From a virus: 64,000 nucleotides of DNA. The stretch is taken from IMG/VR virus record IMGVR_UViG_3300043395_002349, positions 1 to 64,000 of that record. The stretch is one strand, 5' to 3'. The position numbers were made by a program, and so were the translations under genes. Under the pieces are notes generated by a model. It was not told where the DNA came from. It saw only the letters and a program-made list of their open reading frames with translations, and did not search any database. Numbering within the stretch: the first letter of the stretch is position 1; each line of letters begins with the position of its first letter. Shown in pieces: positions 20,185 to 29,873 of the stretch.

Positions 20185-21689
20185 TTTGTTAAAATTGTAT
20201 GAAATAGTTCTTGAATTGTATCATGTGCACTAAATTTTCTACATAGATGTGAATTATAAATTACATCTTCTTTACTATCCATAAATATTTTATGTAATTT
20301 TTTACTATCATTTAATTCCGTTGTTAATTTAAGAACGGCATTCATTCTATCTTTATGATTAAAAATTTTATCATAACTTTCATCATAATATTTGTCAAAA
20401 GTTCTAAATCCTTTTTCTTTACACATTTCCAAATACAACGGGCCGGCTAATGCAATAAATGGATGATAGTATCGTAATCCTTTCACCCCTTTTTCAGAAA
20501 CCTGACAACTAGTAAATGATGATTCAGTAAGTAAAGTCATATATGTTCTTAAAAAGGTAAAATCAAAAGTAGGTTTAGCCCAATCAATCCATCCATAATG
20601 AACTCTTTTCCCTTTAACAAAATATGTAGAATCTTCAAATGTATCTATATCATCTATTTTTATAGAACCCATATCTTTTAATTCTTGCATCCATTTCATG
20701 TTTTGATTAAATTCTTCTTCTGATGTAAATGCTGCAAATCCTCTATATGTATCTTGTCCATATTGAATATCTCTATCATATGGAAAAATCATTGAAAATA
20801 AACAATCTTTTAAAACATTATTTTTATGTAATTGTGATAAATACCAAAATCTATGGTCTTTAAATACTGAACGATTGAATATTAAAAAATTCTTTTCTCT
20901 TGGTCCTTCGTATTCTAACACCTCTTCGTCATATGGATTATTAGAATACGCTCCACATGCAGTTGTGAATAACCAATCAACAAAATGACAATTTATTTTT
21001 TTATAAATAAATTTTCCTTCACAATAACTATTATGTTTTAAATGTATATTAAAATCGGCGTTTACATAATGGATATCAGTAGGGTCTAATCCTAATTCTT
21101 TACAACTCATATAAATTTTTTCAAAAAAAGATTCATAATGAACACCACCTTCGTGGAAAGTTGCAATAATTAATTTACAATCTTTATTTTTAATTGCATT
21201 TATTATTTCATCATTAAAATTAAACAAATGTAATCTATTATGTGATTGTATTTCTTCACAATTTTTTACCGTAAGTGCCGGTCTTTGAAATAAGAAATCT
21301 TCATTACCAAACAAATTAACAATATAAAAGTTTTTTTCTCCTTTTACAATTTCATTTGGTTTAATCAAATTAACTTCAAATTTAGTATCATTTTTTTCAA
21401 AATAATATTTTTTATAATTAATTTCATTAAAATAAAATAAAATATTTTCGTATAGTGTTCTTGTATAAAATACATTAAACGTTTTATCTGGATATTTTGC
21501 AGATAAATTGATTACATTATGATGATCGGTAAATCCTTCGGTAAAGAATTTTTTTGTTGATATTTCATGTAGTTTTATTTGCTCTACTGTACTTAAATAT
21601 GCATCATGTGTTAAACCATTTGGAAAAATAATTCCATCTTGTTCATATTCGTATATAAAATTAATTTTTTCCATTAAAATATAACCCAT
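20181..21689 (-). CDS. Putative glycosyltransferase (GT10-like C-terminal motif)
   Basis: FLIFNRSVFKDHR; TYMTLLTES..VSEKGVKGL..HPFIALAG..GFRTFDKYYDESYD. Confidence 0.55.
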   Translation of the reverse strand: MGYILMEKINFIYEYEQDGIIFPNGLTHDAYLSTVEQIKLHEISTKKFFTEGFTDHHNVINLSAKYPDKTFNVFYTRTLYENILFYFNEINYKKYYFEKNDTKFEVNLIKPNEIVKGEKNFYIVNLFGNEDFLFQRPALTVKNCEEIQSHNRLHLFNFNDEIINAIKNKDCKLIIATFHEGGVHYESFFEKIYMSCKELGLDPTDIHYVNADFNIHLKHNSYCEGKFIYKKINCHFVDWLFTTACGAYSNNPYDEEVLEYEGPREKNFLIFNRSVFKDHRFWYLSQLHKNNVLKDCLFSMIFPYDRDIQYGQDTYRGFAAFTSEEEFNQNMKWMQELKDMGSIKIDDIDTFEDSTYFVKGKRVHYGWIDWAKPTFDFTFLRTYMTLLTESSFTSCQVSEKGVKGLRYYHPFIALAGPLYLEMCKEKGFRTFDKYYDESYDKIFNHKDRMNAVLKLTTELNDSKKLHKIFMDSKEDVIYNSHLCRKFSAHDTIQELFHTILTK

Positions 21690-22309
21690 TTACCTGTTCC
21701 ATAATGCGGCCAAACTTTTTCATAATTGTACCAAATAACTTTTTCTGCAGGTATATCTTTTTTAATTCCACCCCAAGTTGCTTCTGTTGGTGTGTTTGTA
21801 GATACACCATTATCTTCTACAACGAATACAATTGGAAGGTCTAAATTTACTGCGTATTTATGCATTTCATAAAATCCCCCAGTTTCAAATGCCATATCAC
21901 CTACAAAACACCACACTTTGTCATCTTTACCATCTCTTTTATTTGCCAATGCTACACCTGTTGCTATTGGGATGATTGCACCCACAATTGCTGATGCATA
22001 GAATCTTTGTTCTTCACTTACAATTGTAATACTTCTACCTGCTAATATTTCTTCTTCTAACCAAACTGGACAAACTCCTTTGATTAATGCGTGGTAGTGA
22101 GAACGCCAAGTTGAGAATACCCAATCGGTTTCCTTAATACGTTTACCTATTTCAATTAATTCATCTTCGTTTCCACCACTTAAATGAACAGGTCCTTTAA
22201 TTCTACCTGCTTCCCAATGGTCTGCAATCATTCTTTCGTATGCAATAAGTTCATCCTTTGTAAATCTAGCTTCTGATACAATTGGATATTTGTTTAAGTA
22301 ATTTATCAT
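21674..22309 (-). CDS. ThDP enzyme PP-binding subunit (PDH E1-alpha-like, truncated)
   Basis: GPVHLSGGNE, STWRSHYHAL, AIVGA, ThDP motif GDMAFETG..VVEDN; 211 aa. Confidence 0.85.
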   Translation of the reverse strand: MINYLNKYPIVSEARFTKDELIAYERMIADHWEAGRIKGPVHLSGGNEDELIEIGKRIKETDWVFSTWRSHYHALIKGVCPVWLEEEILAGRSITIVSEEQRFYASAIVGAIIPIATGVALANKRDGKDDKVWCFVGDMAFETGGFYEMHKYAVNLDLPIVFVVEDNGVSTNTPTEATWGGIKKDIPAEKVIWYNYEKVWPHYGTGKWVIF

Positions 22310-22932
22310 ATGTATTGTTTAAATATATTTTGTTTTGTTAAATCATTGTACGTTTCCCAATTACCACAGTTTTCATTATAACTATTTAATGTTTTAAATA
22401 TTTCTATTCCTTTTTTTGCGTCTTCTGGTGTCATATACATATGATAACCTATACATTCTAATTCATCTTCATTATACATTGTATTAATATGTCTTCCATC
22501 GTAAATCATAGGTCTACACCAATATACAAAATTTTTATCATTTGTCAAAATCATTCCACCCTTTCCTATATTTAAAATTTTTCTATGGTGAAATGAAAGT
22601 ATCATATAAGTTTCATCCAACGTATCGTAATACATTCCTTCATAAAAAGCAGCTGCAGCATCTACGATTGGTACTCCTCCAAACTTATATTTACCTTCCC
22701 AATGAATTTCATCAAATTTAGGAATATTACCACTATGTATAATTTGCATTGGAACAGATGCATATGTGTTTTTTGGAATTATTATTTCCGTATTTTTTAC
22801 ATTAAGATATTCTAATACCAATTTGATTGCATTTGAATTACTATCACATGCTACTGCATATTTTGACCCACAATAATTTGCAATTAGTTGTTCAAATTCT
22901 AATACTATATCCCAATCATTATTTAATTTCAT
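22306..22932 (-). CDS. DegT/DnrJ/EryC1/StrS-family PLP aminotransferase (short form)
   Basis: FEQLIANYCGSKYAVA, TYASVP, IVDAA, SFHHRKIL..GKGGMILT. Confidence 0.85.
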   Translation of the reverse strand: MKLNNDWDIVLEFEQLIANYCGSKYAVACDSNSNAIKLVLEYLNVKNTEIIIPKNTYASVPMQIIHSGNIPKFDEIHWEGKYKFGGVPIVDAAAAFYEGMYYDTLDETYMILSFHHRKILNIGKGGMILTNDKNFVYWCRPMIYDGRHINTMYNEDELECIGYHMYMTPEDAKKGIEIFKTLNSYNENCGNWETYNDLTKQNIFKQYI

Positions 22933-23614
22933 CTATTGCTTTTTCACCATCAAACCAATATAAACTTCTATGTGGATTTTCGTTTGTAGAATTTGATGTA
23001 TAATAAAATAATCTAAACCCATCTCTATATTCACCATCGGGGCAATCTATCGGATTTGGGTGGCCATGAAATCCTAATTCATCATATTCCCATATAACAC
23101 AATTACCCCAATCTGGAAAATATTTTTGTACACATTTTTTGTTTTGTTTATCCCAAAATTGTATATCTCCATTCCATTTCTTATCCCAATTCCTATTTAA
23201 ATAAATAACTAATGTTAGCACTCTATTCAATTTTATATCAGCTTGCCAATTAAAATCCGTATGTACTTTTAAACTATCACCCTTACCACATCTCATATAT
23301 CCTGCACCATGTAAATGTATATCAGGAATTAAACCATTAATATTTGTTAAATTCTCTAACCACTTTACAAAATCTGATGAATGAAAATAAGAAATTAAAT
23401 CGTATGCAAATGGTGTAGTTGATTGATTATAGTTTGTCCATTCATACATCATTGAACCATTTCTATCAAATACTTTAAATTCTTTTTTCCTAAATTCAAA
23501 CAATTCTTCAACTTCACATTTTAAATTCGCTGCAGCCTGATATGGTAAAAATTTAGGAAATAACCAATGTCGTATTGGTTCTATTTCTTTTATATGTTCT
23601 TTATTTAATATCAT
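22919..23614 (-). CDS. 2OG-Fe(II) oxygenase
   Basis: PDIHLHGAG, LKVHTDFN, YLNRNW..NGD, FHGHP..R..FYYT. Confidence 0.88.
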   Translation of the reverse strand: MILNKEHIKEIEPIRHWLFPKFLPYQAAANLKCEVEELFEFRKKEFKVFDRNGSMMYEWTNYNQSTTPFAYDLISYFHSSDFVKWLENLTNINGLIPDIHLHGAGYMRCGKGDSLKVHTDFNWQADIKLNRVLTLVIYLNRNWDKKWNGDIQFWDKQNKKCVQKYFPDWGNCVIWEYDELGFHGHPNPIDCPDGEYRDGFRLFYYTSNSTNENPHRSLYWFDGEKAIDEIK

Positions 23615-24740
23615 CTATAATTTTTTCAATAAAAGTATTATTTTTAACATACTCATCAAATATTTTTATATTTTCGTTTGCCATTTCATACAATTCAGTT
23701 TTTATTAATTCATATTCTTCAGTTTTTGCTTTAGCTATATAATCAATAATTTGCAATTCGTTTTTTCCTTCAAATCTTTTTAAATTTTTATAATTTAAAA
23801 ATCCAAATTTTTCCATAAAATCATCTGTAATTTTACACATTGCAATAAAAGGTTTTCCGATTGCTAACATATCATATGTTTTTTCGGTCACTAAATTTTT
23901 TTGCATATCGCCATTATCACCATTATCTGTTTCCATTAGGATTGAAATATCACTTTTGATTGTAGTATTTACAAATTTTCTAAAATTAATTTTATAATCT
24001 AAACCACCATTTCCTTGATAAAAATCATCTATTATATATTCATTTGGTAAATTAATAATAAATCCCAAATCTTCTTTGTACATGTCTTTCATTCTTTCAT
24101 ATTGTCCAAATAATTCAGGATTATATTTGTTTAATGTTTCATTTTCCTTTATATTTTTTATATGAAAACTATTTACAGAATAGAATAGATTTTTATATCT
24201 TTTATAAAAATATCTTAAATATTTAATTCTATTTGGCTTGAATGGTAGATAAACTGAAAAATCTAATCTATACTCTTTTTTATTTAATTGTTTAAATGTA
24301 TCTCTTAAATAATAGTGTGTATTCCAATCTCTATGATAAATAAAACGATTTAGTATCAATCCTAAATCAAATATACAATCCTCTTCATCAGTAATTTCAG
24401 ATACTAAATATTTTACATTTGGGTAATCTTTTGATGCTTTTTTAGGTAAATGATGGTCTAAGTTTATTGGGCATAATTCATAAAACATTTTATCAGGATT
24501 TGCTTTAATAATACTTTCCATTTCAGGATAACTTGCACAATCCCACATAAAATTTACATCATAAACAAAATCAGGTTCAAATCGTATATCATGTTTATCA
24601 ATTAAATTGTAATATGCTAATTCCCAATTGTAATCATTCATAAAATACTCATCAAATCTGGTGTTTTTAAACATAAAATAAAACTCACTTGCTCTTGAAA
24701 GTGGAGTCATTGTACCTCTAAAAAAAATTCCTATTTCCAT
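23601..24740 (-). CDS. Putative glycosyltransferase (GT10-like C-terminal motif)
   Basis: SDISILMET..VTEKTYDML..KPFIAM..FGF. Confidence 0.45.
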   Translation of the reverse strand: MEIGIFFRGTMTPLSRASEFYFMFKNTRFDEYFMNDYNWELAYYNLIDKHDIRFEPDFVYDVNFMWDCASYPEMESIIKANPDKMFYELCPINLDHHLPKKASKDYPNVKYLVSEITDEEDCIFDLGLILNRFIYHRDWNTHYYLRDTFKQLNKKEYRLDFSVYLPFKPNRIKYLRYFYKRYKNLFYSVNSFHIKNIKENETLNKYNPELFGQYERMKDMYKEDLGFIINLPNEYIIDDFYQGNGGLDYKINFRKFVNTTIKSDISILMETDNGDNGDMQKNLVTEKTYDMLAIGKPFIAMCKITDDFMEKFGFLNYKNLKRFEGKNELQIIDYIAKAKTEEYELIKTELYEMANENIKIFDEYVKNNTFIEKIIDDIK

Positions 24741-25288
24741 TATCTATCTCTTTTTTGTAATATTGGATTTGTAGTTGGCCATTCCATTTGATATTCCGGG
24801 TCGTTCCATTTTACTACACCTTGTTCATCTGCATCTACATAACCATCTTTGTAGAATAAGTTATAGTGAAACATACAATCAGTTAATGCATAGTGTCCAT
24901 TTGCAAACCCAGGTGGAACTAACACCTGATTTCTTAATCTTTCTGTTATAATAAAACTTTCCCACTCACCATATGTTTTAGATTGAGGTCTCATATCTAA
25001 TACAACTAAATATATATCACCCACTGCTGCTTGTACTAATTTCCACGTTTTATTATCCCAATGTAATCCTCTTAATACACCTTTATAGGAACGAGAAAAT
25101 CTCCCATGAATAGAAAGTTCTTCTTTATTGTAATGTATTTGATTCATTACCGGATGTTCTTCGGAGTGATATGTTGTAAATATTTCCCCTCTATATTCTC
25201 TAAATACCGATGGTTGATACATCGGAACTTCATAACCAAATTTCTTTGATGGAGTAATTTGGAACTCATCCCATTTATTGCTCATCAT
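24740..25288 (-). CDS. rmlC: dTDP-4-dehydrorhamnose 3,5-epimerase-like cupin
   Basis: FREYRG, SYKGVLRGLH, KLV..GDIYLVVLDMR..SKTYGEW, VLVPPGFANG, WNDP..EWP. Confidence 0.85.
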   Translation of the reverse strand: MMSNKWDEFQITPSKKFGYEVPMYQPSVFREYRGEIFTTYHSEEHPVMNQIHYNKEELSIHGRFSRSYKGVLRGLHWDNKTWKLVQAAVGDIYLVVLDMRPQSKTYGEWESFIITERLRNQVLVPPGFANGHYALTDCMFHYNLFYKDGYVDADEQGVVKWNDPEYQMEWPTTNPILQKRDR

Positions 25289-26825
25289 TTAAATGTTTTA
25301 TAATTTCATTTTCTAAATCATCTGTTATAATTCCTTCTTCCAATGCTCTTTTTTCATAATCTTTTTTGTAAAGATTGTTTTCATCACCTCTTACTTTTCT
25401 AATTTCTTGAGTATAATCTACTTTTGTTGCTCTTACTCTTTCCCACCAATCTTCTAATTCAGGAAAAGTTTCTAAAAAGTTTTTACCTCTACGAACATCA
25501 TATTGTTGATAGAAGGATTTAAAATCTCGTTGTCTATGTCTAACATCGGATGAAAATCTATGACCTGTTGTAACTTCTCTTAGATATTCACATAATCTAT
25601 ATATTTGATTTACTAACCCCCATAAATCCGTATCATTGTAATATGAAGGTTTACTCTTAATAAAGTTTTCAACCCAATTTTGAAGGTGTTCTGCCCTTTC
25701 TAAACGTATTTCTTCAGGTAGTGTAGATACTGATTGGAAAGATGGAAAGCGTAAAATATTAAGTGTCATTAATAAAGGTGTTTTATTAATATACTTTTCT
25801 CTTAATAAATTCATTTCATCTAAAAACTCTGTAATACTAAATAAACATAATGCATTTATTGTCATCATTACATTCATTGTTCTTACGTTACCATCTCTTA
25901 AAATCTTTTCTACATTACTTATCCATCTATCCCAATTTTTTCCATCTCTGATATATTCTGCATGCTTTCCTACACTTTCACCACTTGTATAAATGTCTAT
26001 TTCTTTAAAGTTATGGGTTGCTTTAATTAATCTATCAACTAATTCTTGTTTTTGTCCTAAATTTGAATTAACTGCAAATCTTACATCACATTCTTTATTT
26101 TTTTCCCACCAATCCATTAACTTCCAAAAGTCTTTACTCATAGTAGGTTCACCACCCGTAACTCTTAATTCTCGTAATGAATGTTGTAAATCACCTTCCC
26201 ACCATTTCCAAAATGCCTCAACGTATGGATTACCCTCATTATATTTTCCATATAACATTGCATCATCGCCTGCGTGATGGAATGCAGGTGCTCCATCGGT
26301 TGTTAAATTTTGGTATGCACCATTTGTTTTGATATCGGTTTGCCATGTTGTACTAAAAGATGCATTGCAATATGAACAAGCAAAATTACAATTAGCATCA
26401 AAACTTATTTCTAATGTTTTTAAATCTACATCTTTTGTATATCCAAATTTTTCCTTTGCTTCTTTTAATTCATCATCTGAATAAATTACTGATTTATAAA
26501 CTCTATCACTAACTTTATCTACTCCTAAATCCTCTACTCGCCAACAATATTCACATTCGGCAGGTCTAATTCCTTCCAACATTTCTTTTCTCACTAATTT
26601 TTTATAATGAGTATTATGAAGCGCCTTATATGATTTTTGTAATTCTTCTAATGGTATTTTGTGTGCAGGTGGATGATGACATGAAGTAGTTTGTCCCATA
26701 TTTAACCATATAGTAGCATTGTACCACTTTGCACCACAGAATGATGGAGATATAGAATTTATTGCTCTATCTCTATATTCTTGATATGATTCATCGCCTT
26801 TTTTACCCCAAACAAATTTAGCCAT
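25275..26825 (-). CDS. Radical SAM protein with N-terminal twitch-like Cys domain
   Basis: FCGAKW..SCHHP..CEYCW; CNFACSYC (CxxxCxxC); TGGEP. Confidence 0.9.
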   Translation of the reverse strand: MAKFVWGKKGDESYQEYRDRAINSISPSFCGAKWYNATIWLNMGQTTSCHHPPAHKIPLEELQKSYKALHNTHYKKLVRKEMLEGIRPAECEYCWRVEDLGVDKVSDRVYKSVIYSDDELKEAKEKFGYTKDVDLKTLEISFDANCNFACSYCNASFSTTWQTDIKTNGAYQNLTTDGAPAFHHAGDDAMLYGKYNEGNPYVEAFWKWWEGDLQHSLRELRVTGGEPTMSKDFWKLMDWWEKNKECDVRFAVNSNLGQKQELVDRLIKATHNFKEIDIYTSGESVGKHAEYIRDGKNWDRWISNVEKILRDGNVRTMNVMMTINALCLFSITEFLDEMNLLREKYINKTPLLMTLNILRFPSFQSVSTLPEEIRLERAEHLQNWVENFIKSKPSYYNDTDLWGLVNQIYRLCEYLREVTTGHRFSSDVRHRQRDFKSFYQQYDVRRGKNFLETFPELEDWWERVRATKVDYTQEIRKVRGDENNLYKKDYEKRALEEGIITDDLENEIIKHLNDEQ

Positions 26826-26826
26826 A

Positions 26827-27795
26827 TTAAAAGTTTTGTGCGTATCCTAATGGAAAACCGTTTCTAAATTCAGATGTCATTTTTGGAATTAATATCTGGT
26901 ACCCCCTAATCAATTCTTCTATACCCATATCCAGTGTATATTCTGGTTTCCAACCGGTGTTTTCTATTTTTTTGTTTGAAACAATATAATCTCTTTTATC
27001 CGGGTCTTCATAAAAATCTGAGTATGTAATTGCAAAATCAGGAATATGTTGTTGTATTTTTTCTAACAATTCCTGCTTACTTAAATTTGCATTACTTAAT
27101 CCTACATTATAAACATTGTGTTTCATTTTTTCATAATTATTTAATGCCCAAACGAATACGTTTCCAACATCTTGTATATGAATAAAATTACGTTTAAAAT
27201 GTCTTTCAAAGACAGTAATGTATTTATCGGTTAATGCTTTATAAACAAATTCATTAACTAATAAATCTGTTCTCATTCTTGGTGAAACACCAAATACAGT
27301 TGCTAACCGAAAACAAACCGCTGATGAACTTTCTAATAACAATTTTTCCGCTGCTACTTTACTTTCACCATAAACTGAAATTGGATTTAGTGGTGATGTT
27401 TCCGTACATTCTGTTTGTCCTTCACCGATACCATATCCACTATTTGTATTAGGATAAAGTATAATATGATGTTCATCTATTACATCTAATATTGTCTTTA
27501 TTTGCTCAAAGTTAACTTCCCATGCTAATTGTGGGTCTGCTTTACAAGCAGGAAAACCTACAATTGCTGCTAATGGAATAATTACATCATTATCTGCAAC
27601 TAATTTTTGTAATAAATTTTTGTTTCTAACATCACCAAAAATAAATTTGTAATTTATATTGGATACTAATTGTAAGGGTGATAGTTGTTTAAAACTTAAA
27701 TTATCTAAAACGGTAATTTTATGTCCTTGTTCTAACATTTTTTTAGAAATAACCGATCCTAAATAACCTGCCCCACCTGTAATTAAAATATTCAT
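26827..27795 (-). CDS. NAD-dependent epimerase/dehydratase (extended SDR)
   Basis: TGGAGYLG, LAAIVG, YGESK (YxxxK), RLATVFGVSPRMRTDLLVN. Confidence 0.9.
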   Translation of the reverse strand: MNILITGGAGYLGSVISKKMLEQGHKITVLDNLSFKQLSPLQLVSNINYKFIFGDVRNKNLLQKLVADNDVIIPLAAIVGFPACKADPQLAWEVNFEQIKTILDVIDEHHIILYPNTNSGYGIGEGQTECTETSPLNPISVYGESKVAAEKLLLESSSAVCFRLATVFGVSPRMRTDLLVNEFVYKALTDKYITVFERHFKRNFIHIQDVGNVFVWALNNYEKMKHNVYNVGLSNANLSKQELLEKIQQHIPDFAITYSDFYEDPDKRDYIVSNKKIENTGWKPEYTLDMGIEELIRGYQILIPKMTSEFRNGFPLGYAQNF

Positions 27796-28482
27796 TTATA
27801 TTAAAGTTTGTGTTAATGTTGTAGATGCTTTTAATGGGTTTCCTGAAATCATAATATTTAATCTTTCCTGTAATTTTACATTTCCGTATTCTTCAACATA
27901 GGCGTGATTTCCATTACCACTTTTATCTAATACTTTAAATCTGTTTACGTTTGTAAAATCAATATCACATACTATGCCAAATTTATCAACTATTTCAAAT
28001 TTACTAATAACTCCGTTTAAATAATTTTTATTTTGAACAAACGGATTTGAAGTACCTATCCATAATGGAACATTATTATAATCACTTACTATTCCTTCAA
28101 AATTAATTTCTTTAATTTTATCGTTTACTATCGCTCTGAAAATATTCTTTTCCGTATCTATTTGATAGATTATTGAAAAATCAACATCATATTCAAAATC
28201 AAAACTATGTGTTATCGTTTCATCTGAAAAATTGTTTGTATTTTTATTAACCGATAATTCAAATTTGATTGTGTTATTTTCTATATAAACACCACTATCT
28301 ACAATACCTTGTTTTGCAAAAATATATTGTTTTTTTCCATTATTTTTTGCATTAAAAATACAATTAATTGTCAAATCGTTTTGAAACAATCCTTTTAATA
28401 AATTAGGTCTTATTGATGTGTTATACTTTGTTTCTTTAAATAAAGAACAACAAAACGTATCTTTAAATTCAAATAGTTCCAT
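27796..28482 (-). CDS. Stand-alone LamG/ConA-like jelly-roll protein
   Basis: PLWIGTSNP..YLNGVISKF..VLDKSGNGNHAYV; resembles the LamG inserts of the neighbouring GT7 proteins. Confidence 0.6.
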   Translation of the reverse strand: MELFEFKDTFCCSLFKETKYNTSIRPNLLKGLFQNDLTINCIFNAKNNGKKQYIFAKQGIVDSGVYIENNTIKFELSVNKNTNNFSDETITHSFDFEYDVDFSIIYQIDTEKNIFRAIVNDKIKEINFEGIVSDYNNVPLWIGTSNPFVQNKNYLNGVISKFEIVDKFGIVCDIDFTNVNRFKVLDKSGNGNHAYVEEYGNVKLQERLNIMISGNPLKASTTLTQTLI

Positions 28483-29873
28483 TATTTCATTTCTTTACAT
28501 TTGTTATAAAAATCGGCTAATTCAGGGAATGTTTTTTCAAAATTGGTTCCCCTTCTTCTATCATGCTCACTAAAGAAATTATAAAAATCTTTTCTATGTG
28601 TTAATCTATCTTCATCTGCGATTGATGTAAAGTAATCATAAATTCTTCTTACTTTTACAATTTCTACATCACTAAACCCATAACAATTTACATCTTCTCT
28701 TAACATTTCATAAAATTCAACCAATTGTGCTTGTTTCCAAATTTCGTCTGCCCATTCCTTATCTAAAATTTTGATAGATTGATGATTTGGATATCGAAGA
28801 TATGAACTATCTAACAATAATGGCTGCCTATAATATCTTAATGCGTTTGTGTGTTTTGCTTTTAATGAATACACATCTGTAATTAATTTACGATATGATG
28901 GTACTGATAATGCATTATATGTACTCATTATATCAATTGTTAATCTTGGTATATATTCACATAAATCATCAATTCTATCCATTAATTGATTATATACTAA
29001 ACCATTCCTTTGATATTCGGCCTGTGCACCATATCCATCACAACTTGTATATAAAATCAATTCTTTCACTAATCCCTTTTCAGAAATTATTTTAAACTTT
29101 TCTTTAAATTTATTATATAATGCATCGGGTACTCCTAAATTTGAATTTATACTCAATGATAATTCTTTATTAGGATTATCAGTTTCAATGATATAATCTA
29201 AAATTTTCATTGTATCTCTATGCATCATTGGTTCGCCACCGGTAACTCTAAATGTATACAAATCATTATATAATTCAGGCCACCATTTCCAAAATGCCTC
29301 AACGTATGGGTTGTATTCATTTTGTGGAATTGGTATTCTACCACTACCAACAAAATGTTCCAATCCATTAAAATTATCGGATGTTGGATATCCCCCATGT
29401 TGTTCAATTTCTTCCATCCATTTTGTTGAGAATGGTGGTGCACAATATGAACATTTAAAGTTACACGCGTTTGAGAATGCAACTTCAACGTAAGATGGAT
29501 TTATATTATCTCTCCAATCTGAATTTTTTATTTTTTCTATTTGTGGATATGCCCATGGTTCAGAAGATTTAAATGTTCTATCGCTAAATTGATTTGAACT
29601 ATCTTCTACACCCCAACAATAATCACATTCTGTCGGGCGTTGACCTTCTAACATTTCTCTACGCTTTTGTTTCTTAAAACGTGTATTATGCAGTGCGGAT
29701 GGATTTCTTTGAATTTCTGTTGTAGAAATTTGATGTGTCATCGGATGGTGACAACTATGATTATGTCCTATATGTAGATGTAATGTAACCTGCATCCATT
29801 TTGCCAAACAGAATCCTGGTCCTATTTCATTTAACTCTGCTCTTACTTTTTCAAATTTTTCGTAACTTGCCAT
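28482..29873 (-). CDS. Radical SAM protein with N-terminal twitch-like Cys domain
   Basis: FCLAKW..SCHHP..CDYCW; CNFKCSYC; TGGEP; paralog of 25275..26825 (shared NPYVEAFWKWW). Confidence 0.9.
   Translation of the reverse strand: MASYEKFEKVRAELNEIGPGFCLAKWMQVTLHLHIGHNHSCHHPMTHQISTTEIQRNPSALHNTRFKKQKRREMLEGQRPTECDYCWGVEDSSNQFSDRTFKSSEPWAYPQIEKIKNSDWRDNINPSYVEVAFSNACNFKCSYCAPPFSTKWMEEIEQHGGYPTSDNFNGLEHFVGSGRIPIPQNEYNPYVEAFWKWWPELYNDLYTFRVTGGEPMMHRDTMKILDYIIETDNPNKELSLSINSNLGVPDALYNKFKEKFKIISEKGLVKELILYTSCDGYGAQAEYQRNGLVYNQLMDRIDDLCEYIPRLTIDIMSTYNALSVPSYRKLITDVYSLKAKHTNALRYYRQPLLLDSSYLRYPNHQSIKILDKEWADEIWKQAQLVEFYEMLREDVNCYGFSDVEIVKVRRIYDYFTSIADEDRLTHRKDFYNFFSEHDRRRGTNFEKTFPELADFYNKCKEMK

Noticed and set aside
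13715-22309. E1-alpha/beta as a metabolic pyruvate dehydrogenase auxiliary gene
   Set aside because: Both are truncated, E2 and E3 are absent from the window, and they sit among NDP-sugar enzymes.
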